Shown piece after piece: positions 13,486 to 27,640 of a DNA stretch of 64,000 bases. Under the pieces are notes generated by a model that was given only the letters and a program-made list of their open reading frames with translations, was not told where the DNA came from and searched no databases. The stretch comes from Octopus sinensis (taxonomy: Eukaryota). Where the stretch lies: NCBI RefSeq assembly GCF_006345805.1, contig NC_043000.1, positions 49,290,001 through 49,354,000 of the forward strand, written 5' to 3'. Positions within the stretch are counted from its first letter, which is position 1. The number at the start of each line of letters is the position of its first letter. The position numbers and the translations under genes are program-made.

Positions 13486-13761
13486 ATTAATTTATGCTTT
13501 TGTGTGTGTGTGTGAGTGTGAGAGAGGGGGGGGGGGGAATGAGATGAACTTCTGTACAGTTCCCCCACTTCCCAATTCAAATTACGATGTCTTGGTAAAC
13601 ACGAGCTCAGGAAGAAAACACTTCGCTAAGGTTCTATGCAAAGGATAGAAGGAGAAACCAGTGGTTGCAAAATAGATTTTTACATCTACGTGTTTGTATT
13701 GTTTATATGTGTATGTATGTGTGTGTGCATGCATGCGTGTGCATATGAAATGCATTCTTTT

Positions 13762-13850
13762 ATTCTTTTATATGTTTCAGCTTTGTGGCTGCGGCCATGC
13801 TTAGGCACCGTACTTTTCAGAAGGGTATTACATTTGTATGTTCCGAAATA
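13762..13850 (-). mobile_element. SINE B tail fragment
   Basis: gtttcagctttgtggctgcggccatgc is the reverse complement of a B-type tail. Confidence 0.55.
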
Positions 13851-15989
13851 TGTTTTTCTTCTGCATTCTTCAATTTCAAAAAATATAACATTTACTTATT
13901 TTTTTATTTAAAGTCCGATTGTAAAACCAGTTATAATTTCCGTTTCTATGATTGTTATATTTCTGAAATTTCTCCGTTTGGAGATTTTTGTGTTATAAAT
14001 CTAGCATAGTTGATTTGCAAAGTGCACAAACATTACAAGAAACACTAGGAAAAAGCCTATTATTTGCAAGGATATTTTTGTAAAGAAAAAGTAGGAGTGA
14101 CATGAGGTTTTATAACGGGTCTTTGTTCTTAAATTAACTTCTACTCTAGACACATTAAATGCTCAAAATACATCTAAATTCTTTTATTGACATCGTTTGT
14201 TTTTTTATTGTTTTTTTCTGTTGTGATTTCATTACTAAAAGTTATGTACTTATCCATACTTCCAGACATTTCAGTGAAAAGGAAATGAAGCATATTGGCG
14301 CTAGTTATATGTAGTCATTGTGGAAAAACGGTCACTCTCGGATCGATTGCTTAGCCAAATCAATTTATCAATAGTATTGCAGAAACCGCAATAACAACTG
14401 TAGCAGCACCAACAACACCACCAACGCCAACATCAACAACAATAATTCATAACCATGTAGCAATAGTGGTAACAAATGGCAATTTATTACATACACTCCT
14501 TTCTATAGCCGGCACTAAATTTAGAATACACTTAGTAATCTTTTCCTTTTTTGTGCAGAAATATTTTTTATGGTTGAATTAGGAAATAATTCCTGTATCC
14601 ATTTACAAGTGACCTTTCTTTGTATGATTCATAATGAAAACAAAGATGAATAAATAAATTAAAAAGATTTCCAAAATAAATGAATAATTCCGATCTTGCA
14701 AATAGATTAATGTTGCAATTTGTTTTGATGCTAACTAAGCTAAGTAGTTATATTCAAAGATTTTTCTATTGAAAAATCAAGGCTTTTGCGAAAGCCAGCA
14801 GGTCTCTAAACTAGGTTTAATATCTATTGAATAAACGGTAGCAATTATTGTTAATGTTTTCAAAAATGTGTTTAATTGCCACAAACGGCAGCAGTAGAAT
14901 TAATCGACGTTTATATTTTATCTACAATATTACATATCATTTCATATTTCTTTGTCTTTGTTTCACACTTTCTCTCCCTACTTTTACAAAACATCTGATA
15001 TATTTGAGTAGCAAAATCCGGCGTATAATAATATCTCCCATGACAAGGACTGTTACGACATATCTGTTGTTTTATGGAAATATAAAACTTAGCTTTATCA
15101 AGGGTAACACATAAAACATAACGTAAGATCTTAAGGTTTCACATTAAACTATAAATTAGCCTATTTATGTTATTGTTTTTCTTTCATTTTACCTTGTTTC
15201 CTGCATTTTGGTTGTATCATTTCACTTTGATTTGGCTCATTACTAAAATTTTCCTACATAATATATTCAATTAGAATCTCTAATGTCACCAGCGCTGAGA
15301 TTGAATAAACATAAAATACTGGGAATATGTTTCAAGGGAATATATTGCATGAAGTTTTATTTGAACTTGACGTGATAAATTCTCCCCTATGTAAGAGATA
15401 GTGGGGACCTGGAAGAAGACTTCCAACAGTATATCAAGGCCGTTTTCTGAGCGATGCTGGAACGGTATTTCCTTTTTTTTTTTTTTTTAACAGTCCTTCG
15501 ATTCGTTTATACATATTTATGAGAGATCTACTCTGTAGAAATCTGAATCGTGGAATTAGATCATACCCTAATTTTTTTAAGCTTTAAACTTGCTTAAGCC
15601 GATAATAATTAACAAGTTAACACATAGATTATTCTTGCTCCATAATCTCTTCTATAAACGAAATGTTGAGAGTTATTTTATTGCAAATATGGATCTTCAT
15701 ATACTGATTGTCACTTAGTATCCTCAACAGTGGCACATGCAGTAATTTACAGATGAATATTAAGGTAAAAAACGTATATATATGTGTGTGTGTGTGTGTG
15801 CATGTATATACTAATATATATACTCATGCACATTTGTCTACACGTATATATCTTCGGCTGTCCGTCGTAGGTCGACGTTGACTGTTCTTGTCCAGTCATT
15901 ATCTATGATAGGTTTGTGTATATATGTATTAATTTACGTACATACGTACGTATTTATGTATGCACGTACATACGTGCGTATGTATTCAT

Positions 15990-16150
15990 TCATGGCAGTG
16001 GGATTAAGGAAACCGCTTTTTAGCCACTTGGTTTCACGTTCAGACCCACTACGCAGGTCGTTGGGCAAGTGTCTTCTGTGTCTTGCTCGACTAATCCCTC
16101 GAAGGCGGTGACCCAACATAATCGTCGTCCTAGTCCAATGACTAAAAGAA
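15990..16150 (+). mobile_element. Degenerate, internally deleted SINE B
   Basis: ccacttggtttcacgttcagacccactacgcagg...ttgggcaagtgtcttct joined to tail gaaggcggtgacccaac. Confidence 0.6.
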
Positions 16151-16170
16151 TGAGTATGTGTTGTAATACA

Positions 16171-16368
16171 CCTTTCTGCTAAAAGTACAAGGCCTGGAAT
16201 TTTGGAGGAGGGGGAAAATTATTTCATTGAAAATTATTTAATGAGTTAACTGGTACTTAACTCATTAACCTCGAAAGGATGAAAGGCAAAGTCCATCTCG
16301 GCGGAATTTGAACTCAGAACGTAAAGACGAATGGCAAGCTGCTAATGATTCGGCCAGCTCGCCGCCTT
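16171..16368 (-). mobile_element. SINE family A
   Basis: gaaaggatgaaaggcaaagtc...ggcggaatttgaactcagaacgtaaagac...gccagctcgccgcct. Confidence 0.85.
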
Positions 16369-16928
16369 ATTGGCATTTTAAATTCCATTTATCAATTATA
16401 TTTTCCCTGTTTATTATTACGACAACGTTCCAAAATTTACAGTTCTTCTTAATCGAGGACAATACAATGTAATTCTCACATTCTATGGCTTATTGTACTG
16501 TGCGTTATATTAGCAGCCCGAGCTTGTATTTGTATCTAATGTTGTGTAGTTTTTGTATCCCATGAGGTTTCGGTGTTTACCAGGGTAAAGGATGGCAAAG
16601 TGGAATCGATACCAGAATGATATTTGAAGTTCTTTTACATTTTTCATTTGTGGTGTCCATTCAATTAAGTTAACATCTAATGAAATATGTGATGCTGCTT
16701 TCATTTTTGTGTCGGTGTTTTTTTTTAATGTATTCTTCTACAATGAGTAGAAAAGATATTGTTCCAAAAATTTTATTATAAGAAATGGTAAATGGATCTG
16801 AATGTTCAGGATCGACTATGTATGTAAATATGGCAGCAGAGCTTTATTCAGGTTAAAGCTTTCTGCAGAAGCAAACAATTTTCCTTCGGTAAATTAAAAA
16901 AAGTCTTATTACACATTTATAGCATAAA

Positions 16929-17228
16929 CTAGCAGTATCGCCCGGCGTTGCTCGGGTTTGTAAGGGAAATAACTATATAAGCATTTTTAGAGAGTTACTT
17001 CCCTTATATAATAGCAAAAAATGCATCAAAATGGAAAAAAATTATGGTAAATTTTTTTTTAAATCGTAGACTCATCGTAGACACGCGCTAATACCCAGAA
17101 GGGCTCGATATGAATCACGACTATAAGATACCCGCTTTTGGTTAAACTGCACCGCAAAATGTGGGAGTAGTTAGGAATCTAAATCGTAGGAGACAGACAC
17201 CACACAACTTCACTTTTATATATAAAGA
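16929..17228 (-). mobile_element. Non-autonomous Helitron, 300 bp
   Basis: On the minus strand it starts A^TC and ends CTAG^T, with subterminal hairpin CCCG-AGCAACGC-CGGG near the 3' end; no TSD. Confidence 0.8.
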
Positions 17229-18195
17229 TTTGTAAAAGAAAAAATAAATATTGCAGTAACTCCCAATAAACGACCCCTTCAAAATCCTCATCTCACGGCA
17301 ATTATGTAATACAGACAAGTTTGCGGTAGCATACTACTAATTTACATGAAGCGTTTATTATTTTCCTTAGATATATAGTCTTAACATTACAATATTTTAT
17401 AAATTCAACAATATAATTTAGTGTGAGTATAATTGAGTTAATTTAAGCCAAACTGAAAATCAAGATCACCTTCAAGAGAACCAACATAAAAATACACCAG
17501 AAATCCGGTATATTTGTGTTACTTTAATTACAATTTAACTAAGAAACATGTTTGTGTATCGTTTTGAGACGTTAATACTTCGCTGGCGATTAAATACGTT
17601 AACACATTTACAGCTTAGGTAACTGTCGCTGGTTTGTCACAATTCACCGTTGAAAATTGATTGAACTTAACGATGTTTGTGTCTCACGGATGTGTTGTTA
17701 GTGTGATTTTATTTAGAATAAATTTATTTGTTCGTTTGCGTATCAATGGTTATAGCAGCCTTTCTTTCAATTAATTTCTTAAAGTTCAAAGCTTTGTTTT
17801 TAGCTTTATGATAAATGAATAAAACAAAAAGATAATAATTTTGGGCTAGCTTCATTAGACGTAGACATCAATCATTTTGTACCTTTCATGTTTATCTACT
17901 AAATATGAATGGTATACTTAGTAGCAAGCGGTCATATTTAAAGTTGCTTGCTAATAAATTGCCGCATTAAGCTGAATTCGTGGATTGTTATCTGTCCTAT
18001 ATCTTTCTTTCTTTCTCTCCCTCCCTCTCTCTCCCTGCCACTCTCTCTCTCTCTCTATCTATATATACTTATGTGTGAGTTTCTTATGTTTATATATACA
18101 TATGTGCGACTGTGTGTGATACATGTGCACATACGTTTTTCATATACACATACTAATATAAATGCATCTATGTATATTATCATATTTATGTTTAA

Positions 18196-18246
<51 letters not shown>

Positions 18247-19451
18247 TGAGTGAGTATATATATATAATCAACATAAGTGTTTATAAGTTATGAACACTTC
18301 ATTGCTCTTTGGAATAATGGTTTCCACACTATCAGCGTCATCATCTAAATTTTCAATTTCACATCCTAATATTCGATGTGCATAAATTTCATTGGAGAAA
18401 TTTCAGACATTTACCAACATAGTATATATCTAACCTATACGTATTTGTATTATGTGTGTGCCTGCGTTTGTATGTGTGTATCTATTTATGTATATGTATA
18501 TAAATATATATGCATGAATATATGTATAGGTAGGTATATATATATGAGTGTATATAAATATGTATGTATAGTGTACAGTTCCGCTAATTGGTGGGATCAA
18601 TACAAAAAGTATTACATCCAGCGAGATATAAGTATCAGTTATTATAAAGTGGATTTAATATTGAACTACCATAATTTCCAAGCTTACAATATTACTGTTG
18701 TCGGGTGAGCTTTTATAGCTTGCTATGTACTATCGGACAATCTCTCAGTCTCAAAATAAATAGTATTCTAAATTATATAACGGGGCGAATGTATGCGTGC
18801 CCTATGCTAACAGACTCACGCACTAGGTATTTCGTTTCAGTTCGTATTTTCCAAGTTTTGAATATGTATTTCTACATTTCTGTTTATCATAGATGATAAA
18901 CAGTTTATATCCAAGAAGTTTTCTAGCTTTTAGACTTTGCAACACAAAGTTCAAACAAATAATTTACTGGCGCACTTCACAAGTTAAAAATAATTGCTTT
19001 GAAGTTCAAAATTATGATGAAAATACAGAAAACTATTGCTTAATTTGTTTTAGAAATCCTACCGCTTTATAAGAAAATTATGAAAGATTCAATTTTTCAA
19101 ACACTGAAGCTTAAATGTGGAGTCACTAATTTTGAAATATAAGAAAGTAAACCAGTAAGAAAAATATAAATGACTGATGTGCATAAAACAAAAGTTTGTT
19201 ATTACTTTTTTGCTTTTTGTCACTGACCTACTGAAGGCTTGGTTGTTGAGATGTAGTTTAAAACATTATAAAAGCGAGTTAAAAGTTGCGAAAATAACAA
19301 TTTAAAAATATTTAATTTCATTTTAAGGTAGAAGGTTGGTGAGTGGAAATAAGCTCACTAGGAAAATAAATCATATATAAACAGTTAAAAATCTTAGCTT
19401 GGAAAAAGGTCTAAAAAGTGTTTCATTGTTTTTGAATAATATAAAGAAATT

Positions 19452-19665
19452 AAAGGTCTGCGTGCTGGCATAATCGTTAGCACGCCGGGTGAAATTTCGG
19501 TATTTTGTCTGCCGTTACGTTCTGAGTTCAAATTCCGCCGAGGTTGACTTTGCCTTTCATCTTTTTGGGGTAGACAAAGTAAGTACCAGTTGCGTACTGG
19601 GGTCGATCTAATTGACTGGCCCCTCACCAAAAATTTTGGGCCATGTGCCTATAGTAGAAAAGAAT
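19452..19665 (+). mobile_element. SINE family A
   Basis: Full body with tRNA-like head and conserved central block. Confidence 0.88.
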
Positions 19666-21250
19666 ATACTAAATGAAACAAAAGATATTAAAAAAATCAT
19701 TTATTGAAGTTTTCTTATGACAGTCTACCTTTTTTACTTGTAACAACTTCCTTTGATTTCCTGTCACTTTTATTCCTGTGACAGCTTTCCTAAAATACCG
19801 GATACATTTCCGCACAACATTTATGTATATCCTTTTGAATTCAAATAACACGGAAGCTTCTTGGATCAATATCATAAGTACCAATCCATTAGTGGGAGGG
19901 ATTAAAATGACTATAGCCTTCACCTATGTATGTTTGTGAGTGTGTGTGAGTATATGTGTGTTTGTGAGTGTGTGAGTATATGCATGCTTGTGTGTGAGTG
20001 AATACGAGTATGTGTGTTTGTGAGTGCGCTTGCATGAGTGAATTTGCATGTGCGTCTGAGAGAGAGAGAGAGCGCGTGCCTAATTTTTTAAAATCATTTA
20101 TTTTGCAAAGAAGTCTATTTGGTTTCCTTAAAATTTAGTAATATCAGCTTTATGAGTTGTATCTGCCGGCGTTAGTTAAAGAGAGAACTCAGACATTTAT
20201 GGAATTCTAACAAGACTGCTGCAGTTGATCCCAATTTTTCTTACCTACGAAGATATTGGATATAAAGACAACTCGATTACATCCTTCGGTTCATATTGTT
20301 TCGGTTAAAATAATCCATAGATGTATTCTGTATTCAAGATAGCATTGAAACAAACTCTGTTAATGTATAAGTAATATTTAACAGACAGAAACATAATTAA
20401 ATGTTCAAAAGGACCGGATTACTTTGCAGAATGATAATAATCCTATTCTAAGTTCACGAATTAAGTAGGTTGTTTATTTTCATATGGTTGGCGGCCTTCT
20501 GGGATCGTGGATTAGCTTCCTCGTTCATCAGATCAGAATTTAATTGAAAACATACATTCGCATTTAAAGAGACAATTATATCAGAAGCAAATAAAGAGAT
20601 CCTGCCGTTAACCCTATACCATCCATAATCAGTTTCTGCTATAATTACCATGCTTATATAACAAGATATAACAAAAATACAAAGTAGTCAGCATCATATT
20701 ATCGAATGAGCTCTTTTCTTAAATGATAGGATGTAATTTGAGGCAGAGTTAGTCTCTGTTTTTAACAAGGTAACCTGCCTTAGCGCCCTCGCTAACATGA
20801 AGAATCAAAAGGGTTAATGAAGGTGATAATCACATTTATAGAGAAATCCTTATAAGGTTCTAAAACCTTGTAATTGGTTCCATTCAATTTCTTGAGGAAG
20901 AAATCATAGAACATAAAATGTGATGGACGAACTAATTATTAACTAATGCTAGTGACAGCTTGTTTCATGTTTTGCAATGAGATGAAAAGTTATTGTTGCT
21001 TAGCATGTTTTTTATAACTTCGTGCAGGGGATAATAATTATGAAGAGGTGCATGTGTGTATTTATGTATTATATTGTACGTGTGGGTTTGTACGAATATA
21101 TTCATATAATTACGCCTTTTAAGTGACATTTAGGAGACATTTTAAGTAACAAACTTAATTCATTGCTTTATACGTCTCTTTAATGTTAGATGTTACTGCA
21201 CAATCTTCCTTGCGTCTGGCTTTTTGATCGAAATCTAAAATTTCTGAAAG

Positions 21251-21361
21251 ACACAGGAAGGAGATTATGACTTGCGTGATTTGTTGGAATCATGTCACTT
21301 TAAAGGCAATTCCATGAACTGCTTCCATTTTCGTCTGAGTACTTCGCTTTTGAAGCATATT
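21251..21361 (+). CDS. Candidate exon or exon remnant with a DEG/ENaC(ASIC)-like motif
   Basis: Open frame TQEGDYDLRDLLESCHFKGNSMNCFHFRLSTSLLKHI after AG; resembles ASIC GHDIRDMLLSCHFRGEVC. No strong donor and no partner exons found. Confidence 0.25.
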
Positions 21362-21864
21362 TAAAATTTAATCGTTTAGTCAGAAATACGAATCATTTCT
21401 CCTCTGCTGTTTTCCAGTTAGAAGTAAATATTTATAGACACTATGTCTCTCAACCCACCTGTAAAATCTAGAAAAAAATAGATCAAAGTTACATGAACAA
21501 ATAATTACTATGTGCATGATATTCTGTAGCCGAAATATCGAGGAATACAGTCTATATATTTCACAATGACCGTTATAATAGTCATGGTTTAGTAGCCGCA
21601 CAGTCACTGGGTTTCGGTTCCAAATTGGTTTCATTTATATTTCACATAATACAGATAATGATAAACTGAGACAATTTATATTTCTTGTTGAAATTGCTTC
21701 CTTCAGATTCGAGCAGAAACTGATACTTTGTTTCCTTTTTAATCTTCGAACATCATTTTAATTTTTAAAGAATCTTTTAGATGTGGCTTTCATAAAGTGA
21801 CATAATCCCATCCAAAGACCCAGTCTTCGAAAAAGCAGCATATAGTAATTATGATTTAATAATC

Positions 21865-22078
21865 CTTTCTATTGTAGACACAAAGCCTGGAATTTTGTTG
21901 GGGGGGGGATAAATTGATTGCGTGGACCCCAGTGTGCAACAGGTACTTATTTTATCGACCTCGAAAGGATATAAGGCAAAGTGGACCTATAAGAAATTTG
22001 ATCTCACAGAGTATAGACAGATGAAATGCCGCTAAGCATTTTGTACGGCGTGCCAATGGTTCTGCCAGGTGACTACCT
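21865..22078 (-). mobile_element. SINE family A
   Basis: ggtacttattttatcgacctcgaaaggat...gccgctaagcattttg. Confidence 0.8.
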
Positions 22079-23329
22079 TAATTATAATTTGTTATGAATA
22101 ATATAATTTTTCATTGTAATAATATATAATATTATAAGCTGTAATTTACCATTGTGACGGTTAATGACTTTGAAATATTTATAATAAACAAATTTCCTGT
22201 TTGCAAACAATATTTGAATGATAGTTGTGCAACATTAGGGTGATAAATTGGAAGTCGTATTTGCGAAAATGTAATTTAGCAGTGAATATATAAACAAAGT
22301 TCCGATAGAGGCGACAACTAACTTAAATAATTTGTGACCTACGATGGAAATATATATTTGTGAACATGTATTCATTTCACTAACATTTCTTATTCCAACT
22401 TGTACCAAAATATGAGATTTATTTGATTATTATCTCACCATCAAAGTAATTTGATTCAATGCTTTATTCTTTATTGTTGAATTCAGAACTTAAGTATTAA
22501 ATGCATAACAATCTTACTGTTAATACTCTGCGAGAGACAGACGGATAAATATTCTTATAACTAAAAACACACTTTTATCAAACTCAGTTTTATGTGAAAT
22601 GAAGTACAACATTCTCCCATATCAATATTCACTTGCAGTAACACTATATGTCTGTTTTATTAGAAATCAAGTGATTCATTGCGGTCAAATGATTTACATC
22701 TCTCGTTTTCACTCTCCAAATCAAATAATGCATCACATCAGAGGATTTTTGTCATGTTACCAACAAGCATTTCATGGAAGAATTCGCCATATTTTAGCCA
22801 AAATCATTCAAATACATCAAAACCACTGACAATATCGGTATAAAATTATGAGGCATTATATCATGGTAGCTGAGTTGGCCTAACGTCATCTCGGTCTTTT
22901 GAAAATGTTTAAACAGCTGACGGATCGGCAAATGTTATTGGCAACTGAACACACTGACTTGCAAATGGTACACTCAGAGTGCAAATATCTATGTTATCAA
23001 CTATTATTGGAAGGAATATCAGAAGAAAATGGTACGATAACATCTCATCAATAACTCGTTGCTTACAAACACCATGACATATTGACTCTCCACCTTTCAA
23101 ACTGAATAATTTAAAGTACATTTGAGGATATTTATTAATATTACCAGTCTTTCTACAATAATGTAAAAGACATTTATAGATTTTAATTTATCTCGAAATT
23201 CATATTTCATATTTTTCATGTTTAAAACATCGTAAGTAATTAAAATTTATGTCTCTTTCACTTTCTATTTGAGGATATGTACACTGTAATCATCACCATC
23301 ACCATCATTATTAATTTTAAAAGCACACA

Positions 23330-23532
23330 TGCTGGTAGAATCGTTAGCACGTTGGATTAAATACGCAACAACATTTTGTCCTTCTTTATATTCTGAATTC
23401 AAGTTTCACCGATGTCGACTTTGCCTTTGAATATCATTTTTCTCTTTCCAGAATCATAGATAAGTATCAGTCAAGTAGTGGAATCGATGTAGTCGACTCG
23501 CCTTCTTGCCCATAAATTTCAGGCATTGTGTC
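23330..23532 (+). mobile_element. SINE family A (degenerate)
   Basis: gctggtagaatcgttagcacg...gtcgactttgccttt...tcgatgtagtcgact. Confidence 0.75.
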
Positions 23533-23546
23533 AATTGTATAAAGGG

Positions 23547-23555
23547 TTATTATTA

Positions 23556-23632
<77 letters not shown>

Positions 23633-23795
23633 GAGTGAGAGAGCGGTGCATGCCATCAGAGTGACACTGGAGCAAAATATACGAAGCCCAGTATACCCAT
23701 CATGACTACCTGTCTGATAGAGGTACACTAGGCACTTGCATTACAACCATATGTGCATAACATGGTGACCTCATATCAAGATAAACAGCACATGA
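23547..23795 (-). mobile_element. Probable retroposon 3' end with an (AAT)n tail
   Basis: A pure (ATT) array at 23547-23632 directly abuts a GC-richer ORF-less block; orientation inferred from the tail. Confidence 0.4.
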
Positions 23796-23874
23796 CCTTG
23801 CAAGTGGGGCCAAATCGCGTTGTTGTTTTTTGTGTTTGTTCATCTTCTTTTCGGGGGGATTTATTTATATATAC

Positions 23875-24100
23875 ATATATGCGTGAGTTTGTCCCCCACC
23901 CCCGATTGAAAACCGGTATTGTTGTGTTTACGTACCTGTACATAAGTGGTTCGGCATTGCAGAACTATAAAATAAATACTAGGCTTCGAAAAATAAGACC
24001 TAGGATGGATTTGTTCGACTAAAATCTTTTCAAAGCGGTGCCCCAGCATGGCTGCAGTCTAAGTATCAGAAACAAGCGAAAGATAAAAGATAAAAAGATA
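23875..24100 (+). mobile_element. SINE B 3' half
   Basis: tttgtcccc...gtggttcggca...tactaggctt...gcggtgccccagcatggctgcagtc. Confidence 0.8.
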
Positions 24101-24757
24101 TTTAACACTTTGCCTGTCCACAGTAGTTTCATAAATTTGTCCTAAATGTCCATACTTGTTTTCGGACTATTAGTAAGTTCTTGTTGCATACGTTCTGAAT
24201 AATATAAAGTTACTCTAGTAATTGAAAAAACTGGGAATGTGTAACTTATGATACATAAACGACTAATGATTATATATCCAGTGTATCATATGTGATACAA
24301 AGGACAGGCAAAGGGTGAAAAATTTCAGATATAAGAAAAGATAGACAAAGCGTCAGTCAGTAGATGTGGGGATTTCTATGTATATAGGTAAGTATTTACA
24401 CGCTCTATATTCTTAATACCTCCAGCAGATGTGTCAGTTGTACCAGGGCCTGATTGTGGGAGTTTTGGTGATGGGGTTGTTAGTGGAGTTGTTAGTAACA
24501 GATAATAAGGCAATTATGACGGTTTCGGTTATATTGATGGCTCTGTTCTGGTGCTTGCTTAGGTGGTGGTGGTGGTGGTAATGGTGGTGGAGTGAGGGTA
24601 TCAGTACGTCAGTTACCTGACCGTACTCTCATCCTACCTGAAAAATTACCACCCAAGGGCTACCACCTAGAAAATCATCATCTCAGGATATATTATATGA
24701 CAAATCATCACACTGCTAGAGACCAAAGTGACGATTAGGTGTGTGGGCATATGTTAT

Positions 24758-24821
<64 letters not shown>

Positions 24822-25015
24822 TAGATAGATAGATATATATATATGTATACATATATATATACGCATACATACAAGCATGGAGCATTTACATATACATATA
24901 TACGTATACGTATGCACATGCATACATACATTTACTTCTACAAGAAAATATATTATGTGCGTGTGTATGTGTTTGCATACATCATACTTACTTGTGTGTC
25001 GAGAGATATTTGTTC

Positions 25016-25048
<33 letters not shown>

Positions 25049-25665
25049 TACATAGAAATGTACATATATACATAAGTACGTACACCGATACAGAAGCATA
25101 CATACGCATCCATAGTCCATACATATGTATATACACATCCTTACATAGATTTATACATACATACCATACCCTGACGCCATTAAAAAGCGTTGCTTTGAAA
25201 ACAGTGGTGTAAATGTGTATGAGAAACCTTAATATAAAAAAAATTAAACCTTTCAGAGCGAACAGATATTACTGAAGTTTTCAGACTAGAGCATAAACGC
25301 CTTTACAATTGTAATAAAGAGACTTTCAGAGAATCGGTAAGAGAATAACTGAATTTTATTGTCAAATAAAAATAGCACCACCATCAATAATTCTAAATAC
25401 GATCAGTTTCACTTTGCTTGGTCTTTGCACGATCCAGTCATTGACACGGCTCACTACACAACAGCGTGTGTATTTTGTTTTTATGTTCTCAGCTGCTAGG
25501 CGAATATCTATCATTTCTTATATTGGAGAAAAAGTATTCTTGATACACAAGTGAGAATAGATTCAATCCGTCCCCTCACCCAATACCCAGACCCAGCGTC
25601 TCAGACGTACGCACGAACAGACACATGTGTACGCACAAGCAAACGCAGATACACACAGAGGCACG

Positions 25666-25702
<37 letters not shown>

Positions 25703-25893
25703 ATACAGAGACACAGACACACATACGCACGCACAATTAATACTTAGTACTTTTAGATTTAAAATATTGATTTTTGGACAGTTTCCGCTGAAATGAGCAC
25801 GATAGTTTATATGTGTGTGTGTACGTGTCTACATTAGTATATGTAATGTATCAGCAGCTTATACACAGTCTTAAGTGTGTGTATGCATATAAG

Positions 25894-25998
<105 letters not shown>

Positions 25999-26789
25999 GA
26001 GATAGATTTTTTTATTGAATTCATGGAAGACATCAAAATCCGATTGTTTACAATAAGGAAAATCTGATCTTTGAAAGCTATAGAAATACTTGGTAAATAC
26101 TTGCTAAAATATTGCAAGTCAGCAGTCTTAATAGAGTATCTATCTTCTACCTCTGTATTATTATGAGACAAAATATACACAAGAGAAGTATCTCTAGTAT
26201 TCTTTGATTGTTTTTTGATTTTATATTTTTATATTCTTAGAAAACATTACATATTTTACAACTCTGACCTTATATTTTTAATGTGTGTGCGTGTGTGTTT
26301 TTAAATTTTGAATTCATGAAATTAAGATTAATATCAATGCTCATGTTCATAAAATGCATTTCCCATATACTACACTATTAAAAATAATACCATTAATTCC
26401 AGTCTTTGTTTTAATATATACTTGACCGGAAATTTCAACTTGTGTGGATAGTTTTATTCTTATGATAAACCATCTGCGTATGTATAATTCATATCCGGAT
26501 TTAGCAGAAAGACACAGCTTAGATTTTAATTCGAGTTATAAATTATCTTATATTTCATCAGAAAATAAATTACAAATTTGTAGACTTTCATTTTCCGTAA
26601 CAGGAATGCCTTCTCTTATATTTCAATAAGCGTCGCTATTTGCAGCAAATCCTGACGAATACCTGCTTATATAACATGTTAAAAGTTATAGTTGAAAAAG
26701 AAACGAAATGTAATAGAGTGTGATACCATGCAGGTTATATTTGAATATTATAGTGTCCACAGGCCTTCGACACTATCTCCCATTTTAGC

Positions 26790-27640
26790 CCCCCCCCCCA
26801 ATGCCCTCATCTCGTCCTTCATGTTGCAGTTAGATTTGTTGGTCTCTCTTTCCACCACGATCCACACAAAGAAGTCAAGAGTTTTACAGTCAGACGAGTT
26901 GAGGGGTCAAATGTCAGGTGCTGTGTGATCGAAGAAATTCTCCGACAGCTAGGCCTGTCTCTGCAGGCTGGTGTGGTGGGGCACAGAATCAAGCTGCCAC
27001 ACGTACGGCTACCTGGTCAGACATTGTTTTCATTATTTCATTATCTCATTCAGTGGGGTGATCTGACATCACTTTCACTGCTGATGACACCGAAGGCCAT
27101 GATTGTCTATGGAAATTTCGTCTGCATGACTCTGGCACGACTATGGGTGAGACAGCTAGCCATCTTTTGTTCTGGAAGTTGATGTTCTGGTCTTGGCAGA
27201 AATTATATCTCGTTGGAGAAGGATCACAGCATGTCTGGCTTCACTGAGTGTTTCAACTTATTGATCAACTTCTTGGTGTGCTTGAGTCGTATTCCCTGCA
27301 TTACCTTGGACAAAAATTGTTCCTTCCTCATCTTATGTGAAAAGTAGCGAATATTCTCACACACCACTATTCTGATGAGTTTTTCATTCACTCCTTTCTC
27401 CCTTGAAATGGCTCGCATAGACCAGCTGGGGTCATTGTTGATGATCTCCTGGATTTCCTCCACGAATTCCGGCCTCAGATCTTTGTTCATGGGTTTTACT
27501 CTCTGCTGTCGATTCTCACTCGAATCTTGAATCTTCCAGCTCCTTTGTGACCATTTCCTCCATCTTTCTGCCGACGTTGTGGTAGTCTGAAATCTCCTTG
27601 TTCGTCATTCCGGCTCTGATTCCAAGGCAGACTCGATGCA
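26790..27640 (-). mobile_element. Dead maT (DD37D) Tc1/mariner-superfamily transposase remnant
   Basis: N-terminal HTH-like CLGIRAGMTNKEIS, then NNDPSWSMRAISRE...KKLINKLKH; RPYVWQLD followed by exactly 37 codons (two now stops) to the last D in SSDCKTLD; stops and frameshifts; TIRs not recognisable. Confidence 0.85.

Noticed and set aside
22914-23063. 49-codon ATG ORF (MFKQLTDRQMLL...) and a DGSANVIG hAT-like motif in another frame
   Set aside because: Too short, and no further transposase or protein motifs
24340-24392. SVSRCGDFYVY before a strong gtaagt donor, reminiscent of uromodulin-type CxxFYVY
   Set aside because: In-frame stop just upstream and no adequate acceptor
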